Source: Candidatus Peregrinibacteria bacterium
GTDB taxonomy: Bacteria > Patescibacteriota > Gracilibacteria > Peribacterales > Peribacteraceae
NCBI GenBank assembly: GCA_016866815.1
Contig: VGKZ01000001.1
Coordinates: 1-36,663 of the forward strand
Length of the DNA: 36,663 nt
Direction of reading: 5' to 3'
In this document: positions 8,701-13,551 of the stretch, piece by piece
Position numbering within the stretch: position 1 is the first letter of the stretch
How the letters are laid out: each line of letters begins with the position of its first letter
The notes under the pieces: generated by a model
What the model was told of the DNA's origin: nothing
Databases searched by the model: none
The model's input: the letters and a program-made list of their open reading frames with translations, nothing else
Position numbers and translations under genes: made by a program

Positions 8701-8876
8701 GCATCAAATACGTCCAGTTCTATCTGGATGACACGCTGCTTTCGACGAAGCCCGTGGAGCCGTTTGAGCTGACGTACACACTGAAAGAATCCGCCGGCAT
8801 GCATACGCTGGAAGTGCGTGCTGTGGATGTATCGGGCAATACCGCAAGCGAAAGCGTGGTGCTGACGATTGAGTAG
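5745..8876 (+). CDS. class A penicillin-binding protein (GT51 transglycosylase plus transpeptidase) with C-terminal Ig-like domains
   Basis: The GT51 motifs are EDERYYERG and GGSTITRQLARN. The transpeptidase motifs are SSFKPFIYAAA (SxxK), GGSRN (SxN) and KTGTS. A beta-rich C-terminal region of about 200 aa follows (TATYPAFHPSIRFSAG...VRAVDVSGNTASESV). Confidence 0.92.
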   Translation: MTAFASRPLAGNSSGPRIRRFLPQSFKSRASSVLGRSSLRYLWNSRTLVNRRRFIGGSILFVVLYAAFLWLTLPDITDPVKFLASQSTVITDRNGTELYRLFQEEDRTFVPGDAIPKHMKQATIAIEDERYYERGCLDMRAIARVVIYLGQAGGGSTITRQLARNALDLQQDNRVHRKIKELILGCQLESQYDKEKLLELYLNWIPFGRNAYGIEQASRAYFQISADKLSLAQSAVLAALPQRPSYFSPYGNHVRTSVDDAVEQDIIAGRIESASEISDEDVSVGLLGAYAGTGSHVVYIGGRADQVLRNMQNLGFIKEAERLAALEELETMVFQPARENIRAPHFVLHIRDEVQSLFQGKTEEGLFEQGGLHIRTTLDWELQQIAEKVVADHRQDVKDRFGADNIALVAVDPVTNEVLAYVGNMDYEDTEYGGKIDMVTVPRQPGSSFKPFIYAAAFKNGHGPATVLWDVPTKIGDDEPQNFDGRFWGPVTIRKALGGSRNLPAVKAYFLAGEEDQILALVSAMGAPTPLERKRTLQTERSEGFDYGWPLALGAGETPLIEMVSAYGTFARGGKALPVTDLLLVTDNKGNLLYEKPEEEPKEALDERIAYQITSVLSDESARPHEYWRTQLSIPGYQTAAKTGTSNKCLEWSSEVKTDRFCKLRKPDNAWVVGYTPNLVAGVWAGNADSSAMFDKGDGLNTSSPLWKDFMVAAHRKLQNPKMEFTIPAGIIRPQISTLSGQLPTACTPVAYRKADVFFADAPPTQSDPACAQLTVDRVTGLLASDACPRDALSSGSFLVPIVELSDRFPEWKTAVDGWMEKQMVLWNAAPDHSGSLLPLPLAPTKACDPSLTPGRMEKPTVEILSPDDGGTATYPAFHPSIRFSAGSSVQEVRYSVDGYSLATVTTEPFTQPIRVPRSIAETGGHEFSVTLIDQYFNSATDSVRFTFQDDERPPQVRFILPTGDVTRQRGSELRMRAEAVDRESGIKYVQFYLDDTLLSTKPVEPFELTYTLKESAGMHTLEVRAVDVSGNTASESVVLTIE

Positions 8877-8890
8877 GTTTGGATCTGCCC

Positions 8891-9012
8891 TGACAACCTC
8901 TTATCTCGTGATACGGACAGAGCGCTTCGATGTTCCATGTCGTTAGCCCCCTGACAACCTCTTATCTCGTGATACGGACAGAGTGCTTCGATGTTCCATG
9001 TCGTTAGCCCCC
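8891..9012. repeat. 2 x 61-bp direct tandem duplication, 60/61 identical
   Basis: The unit is TGACAACCTCTTATCTCGTGATACGGACAGAG[C/T]GCTTCGATGTTCCATGTCGTTAGCCCCC, at 8891-8951 and 8952-9012. The end of the second unit runs into the 30-bp palindrome. Confidence 0.9.
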
Positions 9013-9032
9013 GAATTAATTCGGGGGCTAAC
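9003..9032. terminator. 30-bp perfect palindrome GTTAGCCCCCGAATTAATTCGGGGGCTAAC between the converging PBP and yebC genes; possible bidirectional terminator hairpin
   Basis: I verified it is a perfect reverse complement of itself. The stem is 13 bp with a TTAA loop. There is no U-tract, so terminator function is uncertain. Confidence 0.4.
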
Positions 9033-9063
9033 ATATGCGATATTTCGAGCATTGATTTGCTCA

Positions 9064-9843
9064 TTATCCCAGCTTTCCCGCCACCACCTCATCGATATCC
9101 GCATTGGTATGCACCTCGGAGACGTCATCCTCTTCCTCCAGCAGCTCGATGATGTGCAGCAGTTTGCGTGCAGTTTCGGTGTCATTGATCCTGGCCTTCT
9201 GCGTGGGCACGTACTGCAATCCTGCGCTGAGGATTTCATAGCCTTTACCTTTCAAAAAATCACGGACGCGTGTCCACTCGGTCATATCCGTGGTAACGGT
9301 CAGAATATCGCCGTCTTCGGCGATGTCCTCTGCACCGAAATCGATCAGCTCAAGTTCCATGTCGTTAGCCCCCGAATTAATTCGGGGGCTAACTTCTTTT
9401 TTGCCGCTACCCTTGGCTGTGACGACGCCTTTCCGCGCGAACATCCACATTACCGATGCGGATTCTGCAAGGTTCCCCCCGTTCTTACTCAGGATGATCT
9501 TTATATTCGTGAGCGTCCTATTTCTATTGTCCGTCAGGCACTCGATGATGATCGCAGAATTGCCGGGACCGTATCCTGCATAGAGTTCCTCCGTCATCAT
9601 ATCGCCCTTCAGTTCCCCCGTACCCTTCTTGATGGCACGTTCGATGTTGGCATTCGGCACACTATCCATTTTGGCATTCTCAATCGCCGTCGCGAGTCTC
9701 GCATTCGTATCCGGGTCGCCGCTGCCGCCCACGCGTGCCGCAATTTCGATGAGCTTGCTGTGACGCGTGAAAATTTTGCCGCGCTTCGCATCCTGCGCGC
9801 CTTTCCGAATGCGGATATTGGCCCATTTGCTGTGTCCTGACAT
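9064..9843 (-). CDS. yebC: YebC/PmpR family DNA-binding transcriptional regulator
   Basis: It starts MSGHSKWANIRIRKGAQDAKRGKIFTRHSKLIEIAAR. Later motifs are YAGYGPGNSAIIIECLTDNRNRT and LEEEDDVSEVHTN. Confidence 0.92.
   Translation of the reverse strand: MSGHSKWANIRIRKGAQDAKRGKIFTRHSKLIEIAARVGGSGDPDTNARLATAIENAKMDSVPNANIERAIKKGTGELKGDMMTEELYAGYGPGNSAIIIECLTDNRNRTLTNIKIILSKNGGNLAESASVMWMFARKGVVTAKGSGKKEVSPRINSGANDMELELIDFGAEDIAEDGDILTVTTDMTEWTRVRDFLKGKGYEILSAGLQYVPTQKARINDTETARKLLHIIELLEEEDDVSEVHTNADIDEVVAGKLG
9364..9393. repeat. second copy of the 30-bp perfect palindrome, inside yebC and in frame (10 codons, VSPRINSGAN)
   Basis: The 40-nt block GTTCCATGTCGTTAGCCCCCGAATTAATTCGGGGGCTAAC is identical at 8993-9032 and 9354-9393. 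Confidence 0.9.
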
Positions 9844-9888
9844 TGTTGAGGCGAACGATGATCAGAGTATACCGAAAAATTGTTTGCG

Positions 9889-9927
9889 GGTTTTTGGTTT
9901 ATGGTTTTTTGTCATCCAAAAACCATA
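9889..9927. repeat. GGTTTTT GGTTTAT GGTTTTT heptamers (9889-9909) overlapping a 10-bp inverted repeat TATGGTTTTT-N8-AAAAACCATA (9900-9927)
   Basis: Read directly in the rpsR-yebC intergenic region. Confidence 0.75.
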
Positions 9928-9945
9928 CATGAAACACCATTCACA

Positions 9946-10185
9946 TTATTTCCTGTACGCCATCATCCCCATGAATCGTGCTCGTTCCACGGCGGTGCGA
10001 AGCATTTTCTGGTGCTTGAGGCACACGCCGCTGTAGTAGCGCTTGAAGATGTTACCGAAGTAATCGATGTACGGCTTCATCGTCGGGTAGTCCTTATAGT
10101 CAATGTAAGCGACTTCCTTTTCGCAGAAAGCGCATTTCTTTTTTCGGGGGTCACCGCGCCGTTCGTTTTTCTGATTGGGCTTCAT
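9946..10185 (-). CDS. rpsR: 30S ribosomal protein S18
   Basis: 79 aa. The motifs are KKKCAFCEKEVAYIDYKDY and RTAVERARFMGMMAY. Confidence 0.95.
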   Translation of the reverse strand: MKPNQKNERRGDPRKKKCAFCEKEVAYIDYKDYPTMKPYIDYFGNIFKRYYSGVCLKHQKMLRTAVERARFMGMMAYRK

Positions 10186-10195
10186 AGGAATAGGG

Positions 10196-10759
10196 TTACA
10201 GGTTCAGCGTATCCTCGGAAATAAGCTTCTCCAATTCCTCGGAGAGTTTCTTCTTGTCTGTCGGCTGTGCAGCCGGCTTCTCTTCTTGCTTCTTCACTTC
10301 CGTGCGCTTCACCGTGCGTTTTGCGCGGTCGGCTACTTTCTTTGCCAGTGCCTCCTCTTTCTCGCGTACCTTGCGTTCCTCCTGCTTCTCTCGTTCCTTC
10401 AACCACATTTCGAACTTCTCCGAGTACTTCACCACTTCGTATCCCTTCGGTGGCTTCACGATCATGTGGCGCAACACCTTCGGCGTGATGCTGAGGGCTG
10501 TCTCCACGGAACGAACCTTGGAGGGGTCCACTTCGTAGTGGTACACGATGAAGTTGCCCTCGGTGTGTCCGCCGATGGTGTAGGCGAGACCCCGCTTTCC
10601 CCATGAGTCTTTGGCGACCTGCTTTCCGCCGACTTCCTCGATGATACTCTCAATTTCCTTAATCAAATCGCTCTCCTCCTTCTGGGTGAGGTCGCTGGGG
10701 TAGAGGATGCAGAATTCGTAGATGCGTCCTTCTTCGGTGACTGGCGTGAGCGTAGGCAT
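10196..10759 (-). CDS. rpsF: 30S ribosomal protein S6 with a long Lys/Glu-rich C-terminal tail
   Basis: The S6 core is YEFCILYPSDL...VAKDSWGKRGLAYTIGGHTEGNFIVYHYEVDPSKV...VLRHMIV. A charged tail of about 80 aa follows. Confidence 0.9.
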   Translation of the reverse strand: MPTLTPVTEEGRIYEFCILYPSDLTQKEESDLIKEIESIIEEVGGKQVAKDSWGKRGLAYTIGGHTEGNFIVYHYEVDPSKVRSVETALSITPKVLRHMIVKPPKGYEVVKYSEKFEMWLKEREKQEERKVREKEEALAKKVADRAKRTVKRTEVKKQEEKPAAQPTDKKKLSEELEKLISEDTLNL

Positions 10760-10816
10760 TGCTGTTCGTGGGTAAAACCCGACCCGCCTTGGCGGATGGG
10801 GGAAATCAGCTACGGG

Positions 10817-10846
10817 ACTCTAGGGGAGGCGGGGAGGGGGGGTCAA
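10817..10846 (-). promoter_or_regulatory. possible rpsF promoter: -35 TTGACC, 18-nt spacer, -10 TAGAGT (minus sense)
   Basis: The + strand reads ggtcaa at 10841-10846 and actcta at 10817-10822. The spacer is the G-rich tract. Confidence 0.25.
10821..10841. repeat. G-rich heptamers TAGGGGA GGCGGGG AGGGGGG (+ strand)
   Basis: Read directly. The composition matches the GTAGGGG family found in the island. Confidence 0.6.
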
Positions 10847-10879
10847 GGAATTATGTCGCATTTATACTCACCAGCTCTC

Positions 10880-11027
10880 GTATGGAGGGCCCACCTTCGC
10901 ACTGGATGGCTTGCCAACCGTAGCAATGCGGTTTCGTGCACGCAAAAATCACACTGACCTTCAGTGCTACGGTGGGCAGACTACGCGTTGCGTTCAAGTC
11001 GCCCACCTACGCGCGAGATGGCTTGCC
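10880..11027. repeat. two copies of a 36-nt imperfect direct repeat (10880-10915 and 10992-11027, about 31/36 identical) flanking stem-rich sequence
   Basis: The repeat reads CCCACCT[T/A]CGC[ACTG/GCGA]GATGGCTTGCCAACCG[T/A]AGCA. The intervening stems are CCGTAGCA/TGCTACGG, CACTGA-CCT-TCAGTG and GGTGGGCaGACT-N14-AGTCGCCCACC. Confidence 0.7.
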
Positions 11028-11109
11028 AACCGAAGCAGCAGGGCTATGGTGAACCGCCAGCCTGCGCTCGCCTCCGGGCGAGCTTCGGCCGGCAACCTGC
11101 TGCGCAGGT

Positions 11110-11250
11110 TGGAGCCGTCGATGGGGACCTGCCTGCCGGCAGGCAGGTTGAACCCATGACCCCGTCCTTACCATGGACGTGCCGCTGCGCGGCAGAGTTT
11201 TTTTATGTGTGCGTCTCACGTTGTTCGACGCACCACTGAGCTACAACGGC
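11110..11250 (-). pseudogene. tRNA-Thr(GGU)-like gene interrupted by two insertions (probable pseudogene)
   Basis: It aligns end to end with the intact copy at 11324-11398, with three exceptions. The 20-nt palindrome CCTGCCTGCCGGCAGGCAGG (11128-11147) sits in the T-loop. A 49-nt block (11183-11231) replaces 3 nt of the D-arm. There is one acceptor-stem change, C to T, giving a G-U pair. Confidence 0.7.
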
Positions 11251-11323
11251 AAATGGAGCCCTGAAAGGACTGCGTCTCAAGCCACTCACGCTTCGCTCAC
11301 GCTCGCGTTCGAGAGCTTTCGAC

Positions 11324-11398
11324 TGGAGCCGTCGATGGGGATTGAACCCATGACCCCGTCCTTACCATGGACGTGCTCTACCACTGAGCTACGACGGC
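11324..11398 (-). tRNA. tRNA-Thr (anticodon GGU), CCA encoded
   Basis: Manual cloverleaf: GCCGTCG TA GCTC AGTGGTA GAGC A CGTCC AUGGUAA GGACG GGGTC ATGGG TTCAATC CCCAT CGACGGC T CCA. Confidence 0.9.
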
Positions 11399-11419
11399 GT
11401 ATGCGCACGCGAGTCTACA

Positions 11420-11839
11420 TTATTGGTCTGCAAGTTCCACGGTGTCGATCCAGGATTGCGGGGTTTTTCCGGCATGTTTTCGCAATGCGTTCTTGAGTGT
11501 GTGCAGCCCCAGGAGCGCGCACTTGAAGCGCCGCGGACCGACGGGTACGCCGAGTAGTGCATACATGTCGTTCTTTGTCATCCGTTCGATGTCGTTCGAA
11601 GTCTTGCCAACCAACTCTTCAGCGAGGATCGACATTCCCGCTTGTGAGATTGCACAGCCGCTCCCTTCCCATGTGACATCGGTCATAACGCCATTTGTTA
11701 TTGTGAATGCGATTGTGAGTTCGTCCCCGCAACTCGGATTCTGCTCTGCGTGAGTGACATGCCAGTCCGTAGGTACGATCGTTCCCTTTCCTCTGGGGTT
11801 CCGGTAATGCTCGAGAATGTTCTCTGCGTAGAGGTCCAT
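11420..11839 (-). CDS. sufU: SufU/IscU-type Fe-S cluster assembly scaffold / sulfur acceptor
   Basis: Motifs seen: LYAENILEHYRNPRGKG, NPSCGDELTI, WEGSGCAISQAGMSILAEELVGK, PRRFKCALLGLHTLKNAL. ATG 11839 (MDLYAE...) is preferred over the track start at 11923. Confidence 0.85.
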   Translation of the reverse strand: MDLYAENILEHYRNPRGKGTIVPTDWHVTHAEQNPSCGDELTIAFTITNGVMTDVTWEGSGCAISQAGMSILAEELVGKTSNDIERMTKNDMYALLGVPVGPRRFKCALLGLHTLKNALRKHAGKTPQSWIDTVELADQ

Positions 11840-11852
11840 ATCTGCTAAAAGT

Positions 11853-12188
11853 ATGTGCCCTATGGAGGAAATTCCACAACAGAAAGCGGCTGAGAATACC
11901 GGCGAAGCGGACTCGACGGTCACAAAACTGATGGAGATGGTTTCGGTGTTACGCGCAAGTATTGAGGAGCAGAGGAAAAAAATCGGTGTTCCAACAGTCG
12001 ATCATATTTCCGCTGCGCAAGTGTTAGTGGAATCTTTTGACAGACAGTATTCCAGGGGCATTCCTGAATTTCAGATGCGACGTTCGGAAATTGTGCAAGT
12101 GGTGCGGGAACTTCTGCATATCTGCCTCAGACAGGAGATCCGTCTAAGCGAGGGTTTTCAGCGCTTCATCGATGGCCCTCACCAGTAG
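11853..12188 (+). CDS. hypothetical small protein, antisense-oriented between sufS and sufU (coding status uncertain)
   Basis: This 111-aa ORF fills the roughly 300-bp sufS-sufU gap, where no minus-strand ORF exists. The sequence looks helical (MEMVSVLRASIEEQRKKIG...IVQVVRELLHICLRQEIRL). I recognise no family. Confidence 0.3.
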   Translation: MCPMEEIPQQKAAENTGEADSTVTKLMEMVSVLRASIEEQRKKIGVPTVDHISAAQVLVESFDRQYSRGIPEFQMRRSEIVQVVRELLHICLRQEIRLSEGFQRFIDGPHQ

Positions 12189-13391
12189 TGTGACTTCGTC
12201 CTCTGTATTGTAGATACCCACAGAGACTCGCGTACTTGCGGGGATGTTCAGGTGATCATGTAGGGGCTGGCAGCAGTGGTGACCGGCGCGCAGACAGATG
12301 CCGCGATTGCCGAGGACATCCGTCAGGTCATGCGGATGCGAGCCACGGATAATGAAACTGATGCAGCCTGAGAGCAATGCGCCTGCCTGCGGTACCTTGT
12401 CGCGAGCGAAGTTCGGCAGAAATTTGAGATCGGGGATATCGGCAAGTGCTGTGACAGCAGCACGGATCAATTTCGTCTCGTGCGCTTCGATGTCCTTCCA
12501 TGGATACTGCGATATCCAATCTATCGTGGCGGCGAGCCCGACAGCTTGTGCAAGGGGTGGCGTACCTGCCTCGAATTTCTGCGGGATATCCGCAGCCGTG
12601 AATCCGGTTTTCGTCACATTCCCGATCATTCCTCCGCCACCGAGAAACGGTGGCATCGCTTCCAGGAGTTTGCGTTTCCCGTACAGAACGCCGATCCCGG
12701 TCGGTCCATAGAGTTTGTGTCCGGAGAATACCAGAAAGTCACAGTCGAGATCCGCAACATCTACCGGATGATGGGCGATGAGTTGTGTAGCATCAACCGT
12801 CACGAGCGCACCCGATGCGTGCGCTGTTTTGATTATGTCTTTGAGCGGGGGCCGGACCCCAAGAACGTTGCTCTGTCCGGTGATGCACACCATCTTGGTT
12901 TTTCCTGCTTTCAAAAGTTCTTCAAGCTCTTCCATGCGCGGCATTCCGGTCTCGTCGATGCCAACCCATGCGATCTCTATCCCGATGTCCTCTTTATGTT
13001 GCAGCCACGGCACAATCGCACTGTGATGTTCGAGCAGTGTGAGTGCGACAACGTCTCCTTTTTTGACATTCTGCTTTCCCCAGCTCTTCGCGACGATGTT
13101 CAGGGACTCCGTTGCGTTACGCGTGAAGATAATTTCATGTGTTGCCGCTCCGATGAATTCTGCGACAGTCTTCCGCGCACTTTCGAACTTTTCCGTCGCG
13201 CGTTCGGCCAGAACATGCATACCCCTATGCGGATTTCCGCGGTCATGCCTCTCACATTCGCTCATCGCTTCGAGCACGGCCATCGGCACCTGTGCGGTTG
13301 CGGCGGAATCCAGATACACGAGCGGGTGCCCGTTGATCTGCTGCTGTAGAGCGGGGAATTGCCGGCGAATTGCTGAAGTGTCGAGAGACAT
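12144..13391 (-). CDS. sufS: cysteine desulfurase, SufS subfamily
   Basis: Motifs seen: IRRQFPAL...PLVYLDSAATAQ, FLVFSGHKLYGPTGIGVLYG (the PLP-binding Lys), RAGHHCCQPL (the catalytic Cys loop). ATG 13391 (MSLDTS...) was chosen. Confidence 0.92.
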   Translation of the reverse strand: MSLDTSAIRRQFPALQQQINGHPLVYLDSAATAQVPMAVLEAMSECERHDRGNPHRGMHVLAERATEKFESARKTVAEFIGAATHEIIFTRNATESLNIVAKSWGKQNVKKGDVVALTLLEHHSAIVPWLQHKEDIGIEIAWVGIDETGMPRMEELEELLKAGKTKMVCITGQSNVLGVRPPLKDIIKTAHASGALVTVDATQLIAHHPVDVADLDCDFLVFSGHKLYGPTGIGVLYGKRKLLEAMPPFLGGGGMIGNVTKTGFTAADIPQKFEAGTPPLAQAVGLAATIDWISQYPWKDIEAHETKLIRAAVTALADIPDLKFLPNFARDKVPQAGALLSGCISFIIRGSHPHDLTDVLGNRGICLRAGHHCCQPLHDHLNIPASTRVSVGIYNTEDEVTLLVRAIDEALKTLA

Positions 13392-13423
13392 GGAGATTGT
13401 GATGGTACACCAAAGCAGTTGCA

Positions 13424-13449
13424 CTTTCTTTTCAGCAGTGAAAAGAAAG
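13424..13449. promoter_or_regulatory. 26-bp perfect inverted repeat CTTTCTTTTCA-GCAG-TGAAAGAAAG-type site (arms CTTTCTTTTCA / TGAAAAGAAAG) in the sufS / GT-C divergent region; candidate operator or 5'-UTR hairpin
   Basis: The 11-bp arms were verified as exact reverse complements. Confidence 0.4.
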
Positions 13450-13551
13450 GGCATTCCATCAATGAGAAGCGAGCGCTGTATTCAAGAGCAGCGTTATTCT
13501 TCTATGGAAACTTCATTCACAGTAAACCGCGTATCCTGTACCCTTTCTCCG

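Noticed and set aside
8887-9032. Possible CRISPR array
   Set aside because: The 61-bp units are directly adjacent with no unique spacers. There are only two copies, and no cas genes are in the window. It is a tandem duplication.
9900-9927. Intrinsic terminator downstream of rpsR
   Set aside because: The stem is almost entirely A/T, and no U-tract follows it in the rpsR sense. I kept it only as an inverted repeat.
10873-11109. Additional tRNA, or SRP (4.5S) RNA
   Set aside because: There is a GCCCACC/GGTGGGC pairing and a CGAAGCAGCAGG string reminiscent of SRP helix 8. However, no T-arm or anticodon arm can be drawn. The GNRA tetraloop and symmetric-loop context of SRP RNA are also absent.
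11110-11398. tRNA duplication as the att site of an integrated mobile element
   Set aside because: No integrase, excisionase or phage/ICE genes flank the tRNAs. Both copies are full length rather than a 3' fragment, and they are only about 70 bp apart.
10911-11496. Small + and - strand ORFs (82-107 aa) across the tRNA region
   Set aside because: They overlap the tRNA genes and hairpin repeats, and their translations are Arg/Ala/Pro-rich.
13039-13551. N-terminal 170 codons of the 1098-aa track ORF; likewise 27302-27952, 29512-29682 and 1428-1556
   Set aside because: These upstream extensions run antisense through, or overlap, well-supported neighbouring genes. Sensible internal ATGs sit immediately before the first TM helix or conserved block.
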